IMG/VR virus record: IMGVR_UViG_3300020042_002824
From: a virus
Lineage: Duplodnaviria > Heunggongvirae > Uroviricota > Caudoviricetes
Reading direction: 5' to 3' (one strand)
Length of the DNA stretch: 64,000 nucleotides
Part shown: positions 1 to 9,041 of the stretch, piece by piece
How positions within the stretch are numbered: the stretch's first letter is position 1
Layout of the letters: every line of letters starts with the position of its first letter
Made by a program: the position numbers and the translations under genes
Notes under the pieces: model-generated
Told to the model about the DNA's origin: nothing
Database searches by the model: none
What the model saw: the letters and a program-made list of their open reading frames with translations, nothing else

Positions 1-200
1 ATAATTTGTTCACTCATTTTTCTTACTTCCATTGGTACTTGTTTAAACCACCATCTCACTTCCATTTCATACTCACGTCCTTGGTCATCAAGTCCTCTAG
101 GATTGATAAGCCAGAACATGTGTTCTTTGTTTTCATATGTAACAGAACCTTCATGCCATATTTCTGTGAATGAAGGTTTTCTGTTAATAGAAACTGTCAT
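1..200 (-). CDS. hypothetical protein, N-terminal part only (gene continues past window start)
   Basis: Minus-strand ATG at 198-200 opens a stop-free frame to position 1 (MTVSINRKPSFTEIWHEGSVTYENKEHMFWLINPRGLDDQGREYEMEV...). Absent from the ORF track because no stop lies inside the window. Confidence 0.35.
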   Translation of the reverse strand, partial: MTVSINRKPSFTEIWHEGSVTYENKEHMFWLINPRGLDDQGREYEMEVRWWFKQVPMEVRKMSEQI

Positions 201-210
201 AACGTTTTCA

Positions 211-462
211 TTATCCATTTTCTGTTAATTTAGTAGGTGCCCATAAATAAGATAGTAGATGATATGGCTTATCACCATACTTTGGCTCAGCAATGTATTG
301 TCTACCTTTACATTCTGTCTTGAGCTGTTCTGGTGTAAGTATCATCAACTTACCCTTGTACTCAACCTCATAGTTCTCGTTCTTGATAATGCATTCTTTA
401 ACACTGTGGTCAATTAGATCTGCGTACTTCTTGTCATGAAGCTTTAGAATTGTTCTTTTCAT
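211..462 (-). CDS. hypothetical protein (~83 aa)
   Basis: ORF track 211..528. Start trimmed to the internal Met (MKRTILKLHDKKY), which gives a small overlap with the upstream HNH gene stop. No recognisable motif. Confidence 0.4.
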   Translation of the reverse strand: MKRTILKLHDKKYADLIDHSVKECIIKNENYEVEYKGKLMILTPEQLKTECKGRQYIAEPKYGDKPYHLLSYLWAPTKLTENG

Positions 463-859
463 TTTTATCTGTTTTTGTTTTCTTGTCGTGACATTTCTCG
501 CACAGCACCTGTAAATTGTCCACCTCACAGAATAATCTGTCTACAAATCCTGGTAGGTCTTGTGCAGAATTAAGACTTCCTGCTGGGCAAATATGATCTA
601 CATTAATCTTCTTCTCAATAAACCAGTTTTTACACGTATTGCATTGATACTCATACTTTTGTCTCTTGTTTACACCCTTGTACAGTCTGCGTGCTTGTAG
701 CTTACATTCTGTAATAGGCTTCCAAAACCTAGACTTCTGTCTAAGGGCACTGCGTATAAAGCTCCAGAATACTGACTCTGTCATAGTGCCAGCACATCTT
801 GGTTTACTAACTATTTTCCTAGGTATCTTAGAGATTCTCTTTGTTGCGTTCTTTTTCAT
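434..859 (-). CDS. HNH family endonuclease (free-standing, homing-endonuclease-like)
   Basis: Motifs CNTCKNWF...VDHICP...LQVLCEKCHDKK match the HNH/zinc-finger core (C-x2-C ... H ... C-x2-C-H). Start trimmed from the track's 913 to Met at 859 (MKKNATKRISK), because the track's N-terminal extension translates the 874-897 hairpin. Confidence 0.7.
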   Translation of the reverse strand: MKKNATKRISKIPRKIVSKPRCAGTMTESVFWSFIRSALRQKSRFWKPITECKLQARRLYKGVNKRQKYEYQCNTCKNWFIEKKINVDHICPAGSLNSAQDLPGFVDRLFCEVDNLQVLCEKCHDKKTKTDKNEKNNSKAS

Positions 860-873
860 AATTGTTAAATTAA

Positions 874-897
874 TCCCAGGGAACTTAATCCCTGGGA
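874..897. repeat. perfect 9-bp inverted repeat / hairpin (TCCCAGGGA acttaa TCCCTGGGA) between the 500-aa gene stop and the HNH gene start
   Basis: Read directly from the sequence. Sits in the 46-nt intergenic gap on the minus-strand operon. Confidence 0.6.
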
Positions 898-905
898 CTA
901 CAAAT

Positions 906-2408
906 TTAATCAATTTTTACAATTCTCTTTGATATTTCTTGTTTTATTTCATCAAGACTTTTGACAATTGTATACACCTCTACAGCAGATAACGCTGGTA
1001 AGTTGAAATCATGCTTCTTAGCTTCAGCTGTGAATCCTTCTTTAGCTTTCTCAGCCAAGTTTTGCAATTCGCGAATCGCATAAGACTCATCCAACTCTAA
1101 TGTATCAAAGTCAAGGTCATGTAAGATTTCTGTTGCTTCTTCACGAGGCACAGTCATAATTGGTAAATACTCATAGCATCTACCCTTAGACTCACCAATA
1201 CCTACAACTTTCATTGGGTTGATAAGTATAAGAACGCTCGTATCACCACAACCTACATAATGAATCTCATCACTAGTGAAGTGTAATCCTGCATGTGCAC
1301 AGTCTGCTCTTGACCAATTGCATTCCTCCATAGGCATATTCACTGGTCTACCAATTCTGATGTCAAATGTCTTTGTGTGAGCATCTGTGAATCTATTTTC
1401 TGCTCTATTAGGCAAATCAAGATATAGTTCTGTTAAGTTACCAATCTCTTCACCATATTGAGACTCACAATGTTTGTACACTGTACCAGATCCAGAACAC
1501 TCATAACATTCAGAACTATCATCCCATTCTTCATCTTCACAAGGAATAGTTCCTGAACTATCACAGAATGTACATGGCTCTAGTTCTTCAAATACAGATT
1601 TATGAACCATTACATATTCACCATGCTTTAAGAACACAGTGTAATCAGCTGGGTTCTTCTTCCATACAGCCTTAATCTTATTATATGCATTAGACACAAA
1701 CTGTACCAATTCTGTAGATCCATGTAATGTAACTACATTTCTCAAAGCTACAAAGAAGCCTTGTTTAGTGATACTAAAGCTATTCTTCTTTAAGAAGTTA
1801 AATAGATCATTTGCAACTTCAGCTCTTGGATTCAAGCAACACCACATGAAGAATCTATGTAAAGCATTGAATTCATCATTATCTGTGTTACCATGTTTAC
1901 CAACCACTTCTAAGAATTCTTCCACTAATAATGGAGGTAGACTTCTGTTGATACCTTTTAGATACAAAGCATTATTCTTCATTTCAAACTGATCAAGGGT
2001 AGCTAAATACTCAGCACCTCTTTGAATAGCTTTAGCTTTCTCATATTCAGCTTCAGCTTTCCTTCTTTCAGATTGTATCTCTGGAGATCCAACAAGGTTC
2101 AATAAGCAAGCTTCTGTTGTACAAGTTTTAGCTTTGGTAAAATCATCTGCATTAGCAGGAGACTTTGTAATAATATTACCATCATTCAATACAATAGTCA
2201 GTGTATCATTAACCATTTTGATATTCAAATAGGGCTTTGTCACTGCTGTATTGGTATTAGTTGAATACCATGTATTGTTTGAAGAAGGGGTTTGTACCCC
2301 CTCTTCTTGTTGTTTATCTAATTGATCAAACGCTTGTTCAATCTTGTTTTCTACTACCTTTTCAATTGTGCGTTCTATAGCACTTTTAAACCATTTTAAA
2401 CTTAACAT
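906..2408 (-). CDS. 500-aa protein with DnaJ-type zinc-finger repeats (CTFCDSSG ... CYECSGSG); candidate co-chaperone-like partner of the downstream Hsp90-like gene
   Basis: Two CxxCxGxG-type repeats (DnaJ cysteine-rich domain signature) at about nt 1450-1575. No J-domain HPD motif seen. Abuts the Hsp90-like gene with an 11-nt gap in the same orientation. Confidence 0.55.
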   Translation of the reverse strand: MLSLKWFKSAIERTIEKVVENKIEQAFDQLDKQQEEGVQTPSSNNTWYSTNTNTAVTKPYLNIKMVNDTLTIVLNDGNIITKSPANADDFTKAKTCTTEACLLNLVGSPEIQSERRKAEAEYEKAKAIQRGAEYLATLDQFEMKNNALYLKGINRSLPPLLVEEFLEVVGKHGNTDNDEFNALHRFFMWCCLNPRAEVANDLFNFLKKNSFSITKQGFFVALRNVVTLHGSTELVQFVSNAYNKIKAVWKKNPADYTVFLKHGEYVMVHKSVFEELEPCTFCDSSGTIPCEDEEWDDSSECYECSGSGTVYKHCESQYGEEIGNLTELYLDLPNRAENRFTDAHTKTFDIRIGRPVNMPMEECNWSRADCAHAGLHFTSDEIHYVGCGDTSVLILINPMKVVGIGESKGRCYEYLPIMTVPREEATEILHDLDFDTLELDESYAIRELQNLAEKAKEGFTAEAKKHDFNLPALSAVEVYTIVKSLDEIKQEISKRIVKID

Positions 2409-2418
2409 GTTTTTGTTT

Positions 2419-4776
2419 TTAAATTGTTTCTAATTCATCAATTGTGTCTTCTGTCAATGTCTCCTCTAAAGGAGCATCTTCTGTTAATATGAGCTTGTAA
2501 TGCTCTAAGTTCACTTTGTGTTTATAATACTTAAATAGATCAATGATAGCTTTTACAATACCAGAATCTGTATTAGATCTGGTGCTATAAGTTGTTTTAT
2601 CTAGCAATGTATTTAAGAATGGTAGTTTGCTAAACACTTCACAAACTTGTTTATATGTTGTATATATAGGTTCATCATATAACCTATTCTCTGTAGCATG
2701 CAATATGATTGCTTTTATAGTTTCTTGATCTGCATAACTTCTATGGTTTTTATCATCATAGTTTTTCAGCTCTAGCAATTTACTTGCCAGATCAGTAGAG
2801 ATGTCTTCCACTACATGAATTCTTCTAAATGTAGAATCCTTTTTCTCAATAAGATCACGTATTAAGAACTCTGTTGCTATCACCTTAAATGGTTTGTTCT
2901 TACCTTCCATAAATTTATCTAATGTTATCCAGTTATGTAAATCAGCTTTCTGTAAGTTATCATGGGTTGCTTGGGCTACTAGTACAAAATTCACTAGGTG
3001 ATTACCACGTGACCACAACGCATCCATTTTCTTCTTATCAACTTCTTTAGCATAAACATGTAACTTGTTGACTTTATGAGCATCCTCTAGTTTAAATGTT
3101 GTAGGAACAAACTTACAATATTGATCAGATAGATTAATATCCATTGGTGTACCCACCTTACCAGAGAACTCACCTTTCATTCTAACCTTCTTAGGACCCT
3201 TTACAGCTGCAATAGATACCTTCATTCGTTTAGCTTTCTGAGCATCTTTATATGATTGTGGTATTTCAATAGCGTCTGCATCTATAAAATCCTTGGCATA
3301 TAGTCCCACTACATACTGAAACTCTGTAATAAGTTGTCTCCATTGAGACTTTGGATAGCTACTAAGTTCTAAAACAGAATCATAAAACTTGCCATAATCA
3401 ACAGCTCCAGTTTTGCTTCTAAGCTTAAATGGTGCCTTCTTAACAAAATAGATGTGTTTATTACCTGGCAGAATAGTTCTTAGATAGTCTTGCTTACCCT
3501 TAGGAAGTTCATGACTATAAATGTATACACCACCAAAGTTATAACCTACTAAGTCTGACATTCTTAAATGATCATAATAGTAGCTTTTCATGTTCTGAAA
3601 CTTACTATTAACAAATCTATACTTAAACTTATACTCAGCAAGCATGTATTCTTTACCTTTTACAGCAAGTCTTTCTAAGTTCAATAACTTTATATTATCT
3701 AACTTAGGCTGTGCTACAGGTATACGTGAATGTTGTACAAGTCTGTCTATCTCATACTCTGGTTGATTAGGATCATTATACCAAGGTTTCATGTACTTAT
3801 TATTTCTACCATAGAATTCCATGATGGCTTTGATATCACTCTTTGTAGTGATGGCCTCGTTGAACTTCTCCATCCATACATCAGCCACTGTAGCTATCTT
3901 CTTAAGAATAGTTTCCTTAGCTTCCTTAGTATATCTAATAGCTTCTCTATTTGGTGTAGGGAATAATCCATCACTAAGACTGAATCTCAAAGCTAATTTC
4001 ATACCTATTCTATCAATGCCAAGCTTTTCCCAGTCAATAGGATAACTAACATTATCTAGACAAAGATGCATGTCATTGTTAGTGGCTAAGCTAGAATATT
4101 GGAAATGCTCACTTCTATATATTGTAAAGTCATTAGGAACAGTGTAACTGCCCAATGGTTCTACATCAAAATAAACATCATCAAAATAAGCTAGCTGCTC
4201 TTTAATCTTATTGTGGAATGAATGTCTGTCATAATAGTTAACAGGAACAATCACTTTTACACCATTGTCTTCTGTGGTTGGTATTTCATATAGAAGGTCA
4301 ATGCTGTTTGTATCTTCTCCTTCGTACATCATATACTTACGTTCCATACCATCTTTTCTACATACAAAGTAGAAACTAGAACTATAAGCTAATGGAGCCT
4401 TGAAACCAAGACCCATCATGCCTAACTCTGTATTACTGTCTCTTTTGGTTGACTTACCATACTTACTGATGATATTACGTACATCATCTGCATCTAAGCC
4501 AATACCAAAATCCTGAACAGAAAATTCATATGTATCTGCCTGTGTGTTTCTTTTAAATGAAACAATAATAGGCTTGTCACTTCCAGCTCTTCTGTGACTA
4601 TCAAGTGCATTGGATGCACATTCTCTGATAGTAGAGCCTATTGAATCTGAATATAGATTCTTACTTAACATCTGCATAAGGACTTGTGCAGAATCTAAGT
4701 CTAGTGACATTTTCACAGTTTCCTGTGTTTCTCCTTCTTGGAGGATGTGGGCTTCTGTCTGTTTTTCTAAAATCAT
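2419..4776 (-). CDS. Hsp90/HtpG-family GHKL ATPase (785 aa)
   Basis: N-terminus aligns by eye to the HtpG/Hsp90 N-domain: LMQMLSKNLYSDSIGSTIRECASNALDS versus HtpG [27 protein letters not shown] (Bergerat E-x3-N-A-x-D). G1 box DFGIGLDADDVRNIISKYGKSTK versus DNGVGMT..LGTIAKSGTK. G2 box GMMGLGFKAPLAYSSSF versus GQFGVGFYSAF. Confidence 0.75.
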   Translation of the reverse strand: MILEKQTEAHILQEGETQETVKMSLDLDSAQVLMQMLSKNLYSDSIGSTIRECASNALDSHRRAGSDKPIIVSFKRNTQADTYEFSVQDFGIGLDADDVRNIISKYGKSTKRDSNTELGMMGLGFKAPLAYSSSFYFVCRKDGMERKYMMYEGEDTNSIDLLYEIPTTEDNGVKVIVPVNYYDRHSFHNKIKEQLAYFDDVYFDVEPLGSYTVPNDFTIYRSEHFQYSSLATNNDMHLCLDNVSYPIDWEKLGIDRIGMKLALRFSLSDGLFPTPNREAIRYTKEAKETILKKIATVADVWMEKFNEAITTKSDIKAIMEFYGRNNKYMKPWYNDPNQPEYEIDRLVQHSRIPVAQPKLDNIKLLNLERLAVKGKEYMLAEYKFKYRFVNSKFQNMKSYYYDHLRMSDLVGYNFGGVYIYSHELPKGKQDYLRTILPGNKHIYFVKKAPFKLRSKTGAVDYGKFYDSVLELSSYPKSQWRQLITEFQYVVGLYAKDFIDADAIEIPQSYKDAQKAKRMKVSIAAVKGPKKVRMKGEFSGKVGTPMDINLSDQYCKFVPTTFKLEDAHKVNKLHVYAKEVDKKKMDALWSRGNHLVNFVLVAQATHDNLQKADLHNWITLDKFMEGKNKPFKVIATEFLIRDLIEKKDSTFRRIHVVEDISTDLASKLLELKNYDDKNHRSYADQETIKAIILHATENRLYDEPIYTTYKQVCEVFSKLPFLNTLLDKTTYSTRSNTDSGIVKAIIDLFKYYKHKVNLEHYKLILTEDAPLEETLTEDTIDELETI

Positions 4777-4780
4777 TGTA

Positions 4781-5143
4781 TTAGTAGTTTACTGTAATTT
4801 TAAATTCTCTTAGGACTTTTTTGTCTTCTAAGAGTCTTTCTATTGTTTCTTGGTCTGTAATGTTTTCTCTGTTTAATTTTATAATTCTATACTCATCTGG
4901 TGTATTAACATAGCTCTTGCCCATTTGAGGAACAGTAAGTGGTCTCATTGGTTTATCACCTTTCCATTGGTCTAGTTGTATTTTATGCCAATTTTTAGAT
5001 GATGAAGCAGAACCAGGTGATAAATACTGGACTGTTCCTCCTTGTCCTCGTCCAAGATAAATACCAATGCTTATGTAATTATTACTAGCCACAGCTATAA
5101 TATCACCTTTTTGGATTTCTCCTCCATTTTTAACTTTGATCAT
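4781..5143 (-). CDS. hypothetical protein (120 aa)
   Basis: ORF in the tightly packed minus-strand operon; no recognisable motif. Confidence 0.5.
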   Translation of the reverse strand: MIKVKNGGEIQKGDIIAVASNNYISIGIYLGRGQGGTVQYLSPGSASSSKNWHKIQLDQWKGDKPMRPLTVPQMGKSYVNTPDEYRIIKLNRENITDQETIERLLEDKKVLREFKITVNY

Positions 5144-5145
5144 AA

Positions 5146-5445
5146 TTAAATAGTTTTAATAAGTTCTGATTTTCTAATTTCTATTTTCTCTTCTGTACAC
5201 ATAGATAATGCTATGAGTAACTCACGTACTTCAGAGTACATTAGAGCGATGGCTTTTCTATCAGGAAACTTAATACTAAGACCATTTCCATCATCTGTAA
5301 TTGTCAATGCATTTTCTTCTTTACATGCCCACTCTGCATTATTTGAGTAGTTTAACTTTACAAGACAGGCTCCCAGCTCTAAATCATAATCATATTCTAA
5401 GGGCTCATCCTTTGAGTTTTGTACATAAACTTGTAATTGTTCCAT
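5146..5445 (-). CDS. hypothetical protein (99 aa)
   Basis: ORF in the operon, 3-nt gap to its neighbours; no motif. Confidence 0.5.
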   Translation of the reverse strand: MEQLQVYVQNSKDEPLEYDYDLELGACLVKLNYSNNAEWACKEENALTITDDGNGLSIKFPDRKAIALMYSEVRELLIALSMCTEEKIEIRKSELIKTI

Positions 5446-5454
5446 ATTCTGTTT

Positions 5455-6171
5455 TTAAAATGGTGTGTCCAACATCCAATCTATTTCTAGGTTGTTGTTG
5501 TCTTTTAATAGTTTGTTAATCTTTGTAAATGTTCCTTCTGTATCCCATTCTGTTTGCTTGTAAGAAGCACTGGCTGGATGACTTAATGTGAAATGAAATG
5601 TAAATGGTGCTACATACTTTTCATACTTAGCAGCATCTTTACCTAGAAACAATACAGGAGTCATCGTTGTACCTAAGACATCTTCAAATAGATACTTAGT
5701 AAATGGTTCCCACAGGTCTATATGAGAGCCTGCTTTGTTTATTTCTGTTGTAAGAGCAGCGTTGTACATTAGAATGCCTTGTTGTGCCAAGAATGACACA
5801 TCTGATGGTCTTTCACATGTTACACAAAGTCCATTATATAATTCCTTTTCTATGCCATCATAAAACTTCTGTAAGGATGGCTGTAATATACCTGTAGTGG
5901 AACAGCCCATCAATAGGCCATCTGCTACAAATTGTCCCTTCTTTATAGAGTGATATGGACACATACCCACCATGACTAACTTTAAGTCATCATAGGAAGT
6001 CTCCTGAAAGCATCTGAATACGTTAGGAGAAAGAGGGGCAATCTGCCTGCCCCTCTGACTCTCTTTCTTAAGGAATTTATAGATGTTATCACATGCTTCG
6101 CTCTCAATAAAAGGTTGCATAAACCTGTGCCAGGAAGGATGGAACTGATCTTTAAATTTCTCCCACGTCAT
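5455..6171 (-). CDS. ung: uracil-DNA glycosylase (family 1, Ung-like)
   Basis: W..F......IAPLSPNVFRCFQETSYDDLKLVMVGMCPYHS matches the UDG signature (P..vF.af....f.dvKVVILGQDPYH) with the water-activating loop. Start trimmed to MTWEKFKD (ATG at 6169-6171), 2 nt after the upstream gene stop. Confidence 0.75.
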   Translation of the reverse strand: MTWEKFKDQFHPSWHRFMQPFIESEACDNIYKFLKKESQRGRQIAPLSPNVFRCFQETSYDDLKLVMVGMCPYHSIKKGQFVADGLLMGCSTTGILQPSLQKFYDGIEKELYNGLCVTCERPSDVSFLAQQGILMYNAALTTEINKAGSHIDLWEPFTKYLFEDVLGTTMTPVLFLGKDAAKYEKYVAPFTFHFTLSHPASASYKQTEWDTEGTFTKINKLLKDNNNLEIDWMLDTPF

Positions 6172-6173
6172 AA

Positions 6174-6935
6174 TTAAAATATTGATAATTGTGTAAATGC
6201 CTTTTCTTCTGATTCCCATGGTGCTGACTGATCATACGCATATTCATTGAAGAATCTGTGTGCTTTGATATGACTCTCCATCCAGTTAGCAGGATGTGAT
6301 TCTTTCATAGCAAATGTGGTGTAGTTGTACAACTCCCATACGCTATCTTTAGCACCATAATCATGTGTAGGAGCTTTTAACTCTCTACTGATAATATTCA
6401 ATTGTGTAGATGTAATGAATTGTTCTTCTAACATCATTCTACCAATCAACTCAGCTTTGACACGTTTAGTTATTTCTATTTGCTTCATGTCTTCTCTTTG
6501 CTTTTGCATAAGGAAGAATGTATCTCCTGCAGACTTGATATAATCTTCAATTGCATTTGGTGTGAATGATTGTATCTCACCAACATGCTTCTTTTTGAAT
6601 GTACCAAAGTCTCCTGACACACAACCATTTTGACAAATAAATATACGTGTACCAATAGCAAACTTTAATGTAAGTTGCTTGTTGTAGCTGTTCTGCCAAC
6701 CAATTTGTAATTGCATCTCACTATCTGCAACGTTACTAATACTAAATCTACCATTAGCAATCTGACCATCAGCAGCAGCTGAATAGGTTTCTTTGTCTAA
6801 TGTAAATCCTGCTTTCTCAATACTGTTTAATGTTAAGTCAATCAATTGTGAATGACTCACTGGCTTATATGTACGTGTTTGTACAGGAACTGGTGTATTC
6901 ATCATCAGTTCCTTAGTGGTGTTAAAATTCTCCAT
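6174..6935 (-). CDS. hypothetical protein (253 aa)
   Basis: Long ORF in the replication operon; no motif recognised. Confidence 0.55.
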   Translation of the reverse strand: MENFNTTKELMMNTPVPVQTRTYKPVSHSQLIDLTLNSIEKAGFTLDKETYSAAADGQIANGRFSISNVADSEMQLQIGWQNSYNKQLTLKFAIGTRIFICQNGCVSGDFGTFKKKHVGEIQSFTPNAIEDYIKSAGDTFFLMQKQREDMKQIEITKRVKAELIGRMMLEEQFITSTQLNIISRELKAPTHDYGAKDSVWELYNYTTFAMKESHPANWMESHIKAHRFFNEYAYDQSAPWESEEKAFTQLSIF

Positions 6936-7079
6936 CTTCTGTTAATTTAATTTCTGTATTAAAATATTGAGACAAAATACCTTCTAGGTTTTCTATACCT
7001 ATGCATTCCACCTCATCTTCTTCTGTTGTAGACAATATTTCTATATTATCTTTAATAGCTTCTTTTAACTCATGTATTG

Positions 7080-8084
7080 TCATAAGATACTTTTTTGTTT
7101 TAAATACTTTTCTATTGCTTGTAATCCATGGACTTTGGCTAGATCAGCCCAATCCTTAATACCTTCTGCTAGATACTGACGTGGGACGTTAGTATAATCA
7201 AAATCAAACATCTCTGTGATTTGCTTGGAATTCTGTACACCAACATCATCAGCATCAAAGCTTAGTATTTGTCTATCAGAGTTAGCTTTTAGATATTCTA
7301 CATTCTCGTGTGAGAAACATCCAAGACCCTCATTCTGGACAGCACAGCTGCATGGGAATATCTTCTTCATCACCATAAAGTCTTTCTTACTCTTGTTGAT
7401 GAATGCTGTTTTACAGTCTTTGATATTCTCTTTACCATCCATTGCTGTGATAGGAACATTGTTAGGCATCCATTTGTGTTTCTTGTCACCAAATGGCCTA
7501 TAAATCTTCCAAAACTGTCCTTCATAAAGGTAACCAAACCTAAGTTCATTCTCTCCTAATGGGAACCTTTGCTTATTTAGAAATAGTTCCTTAATAGAAT
7601 AGATGTTATTATCTCTCAGATCCTGAATGTCCTGATGATACTGTGCCCAATAGGCCAGCTCTTCTTGTGTAAACTTTCTAACCTTAACTTGGATGAGAGA
7701 ATACCTTTTCTCTATCTCAGGCTGTTTATAATCAGATATAATCTTTTTATACTCTCCTGTTATGATACCTGTAGACAGACCAAGACCAAAGTCTTTATCT
7801 ATCATTTTTAAAACAAGGCTCATGTTAGGAAGATTATGTAATGTCTGAACAAAGTTGAAGCAATCACCACGTCTACTGGTGTCAGCATAGTCTATAAACA
7901 TAAGATAGCCTAGCTTATTACCAATCATAAATGATGGATTGTTTTCATGCCTGAATGGAGAATAAGTCACTCTATTAATCTTCCAATCTTGATTAGGCAT
8001 ATAATACCTAAATATATCATACTCTGATATCCTGCTTAGGATGGCCTCTATAGATAGCTTTGTCTTTCTTTCTCCACTAATCAT
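7080..8084 (-). CDS. putative DnaG-like primase (degenerate zinc-binding domain plus Toprim-like region)
   Basis: SPFRHENNPSFMI...GDCFNFV resembles the DnaG CHC2 zinc-binding domain (CPFHDEKTPSFsV...HCFGCG..aI.F) with the Cys ligands replaced. C-terminal FDADDVG with acidic residues is consistent with a Toprim DxD motif. Confidence 0.45.
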   Translation of the reverse strand: MISGERKTKLSIEAILSRISEYDIFRYYMPNQDWKINRVTYSPFRHENNPSFMIGNKLGYLMFIDYADTSRRGDCFNFVQTLHNLPNMSLVLKMIDKDFGLGLSTGIITGEYKKIISDYKQPEIEKRYSLIQVKVRKFTQEELAYWAQYHQDIQDLRDNNIYSIKELFLNKQRFPLGENELRFGYLYEGQFWKIYRPFGDKKHKWMPNNVPITAMDGKENIKDCKTAFINKSKKDFMVMKKIFPCSCAVQNEGLGCFSHENVEYLKANSDRQILSFDADDVGVQNSKQITEMFDFDYTNVPRQYLAEGIKDWADLAKVHGLQAIEKYLKQKSIL

Positions 8085-8146
8085 AATATAAATTTAATGA
8101 AAAGGCCCCACATAAGTGAGGCCTATTCTTATTTTGGGGGGGCAAA

Positions 8147-9022
8147 CTAAAAATCACTATCATCGTCTGCAATCACCTTGTCAGATGATACTAAGTTATC
8201 ATCAGCATTGTAATCCTTTAACTCCTGGAATGTATAGAAGTCTTTACATCCATACTCACCTGTAACGTTAATTACAAAACGCTCGTGAGGCTTCAAGTCT
8301 TTAGAACTCTTTTGACGTAATGCACTTACAGTTTCAGTTTTATTATAGTCTATCAATCTAAATGCTTTCATGCTATAAGAAGGTATAAACGCTTTGTTGT
8401 AAACAGTTTGGAATTCTTTAGTTCCCTCTTCTGTCTCTTTGCTATTGATTGTAGCTAAGGCAACAATGTTTGTAGCCCACTCACCATTGATTTGCTCCTT
8501 AAGTTCTTTTACATTACCCTTTATTAACTTGTTGAATTCAACTTCTAATGTAGCTGTCTTCTTACTGAAGTCAATTAAGCTTAACCAAGAACGTAAGAAA
8601 TTATATAAGTCTTCTTCTCCTACATATGCTACACGATTCTCTCTTTCTTTGAACCATGATGGCAAGTTGTTAGGACTATCTGCCCAAGTACAACGTCCTA
8701 CATTGTTAATGTACTGCTTCTTTGTACCATCTCTATTTTCTTTCTCTTTTTGCTCTATGAAGAATGTCAACTTGAATTTCTCTGCTGACTTAATTTCTTC
8801 TAACCAAACATCTAAACGTAATCTTGCATTACCATCTTTACTTGTGCCTAGATAATTTGTTGCTTTGCTTTCTTCACTTAGTTGTCTTCCTAAGATGTCT
8901 GAATACTCTTCCCTTGTAGGGTTGATTGCTACCACTCTTGCTTCAAATAGACCAACCTTTTTAGGAAAGTCTTTGTCTTCAAACTGTGGGGTTTCTCTTT
9001 TTTCTCCGCCAATGTTACTCAT
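8147..9022 (-). CDS. putative single-stranded DNA-binding protein (SSB-like, acidic C-terminal tip DDDSDF)
   Basis: C-terminus ...VIADDDSDF mimics the SSB acidic tail (E. coli SSB ends DDDIPF). Lies directly downstream of a Sak4-like ATPase, a common pairing. OB fold not verifiable by eye. Confidence 0.45.
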   Translation of the reverse strand: MSNIGGEKRETPQFEDKDFPKKVGLFEARVVAINPTREEYSDILGRQLSEESKATNYLGTSKDGNARLRLDVWLEEIKSAEKFKLTFFIEQKEKENRDGTKKQYINNVGRCTWADSPNNLPSWFKERENRVAYVGEEDLYNFLRSWLSLIDFSKKTATLEVEFNKLIKGNVKELKEQINGEWATNIVALATINSKETEEGTKEFQTVYNKAFIPSYSMKAFRLIDYNKTETVSALRQKSSKDLKPHERFVINVTGEYGCKDFYTFQELKDYNADDNLVSSDKVIADDDSDF

Positions 9023-9041
9023 TTTTTCTGATTTTAATTGT

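Noticed and set aside
1768-4813. Plus-strand ORFs 1768..1992, 3730..3966, 3821..4045 and 4610..4813 antisense to large minus-strand genes
   Set aside because: Antisense shadow ORFs within well-supported genes (Hsp90-like ATPase and its neighbour).
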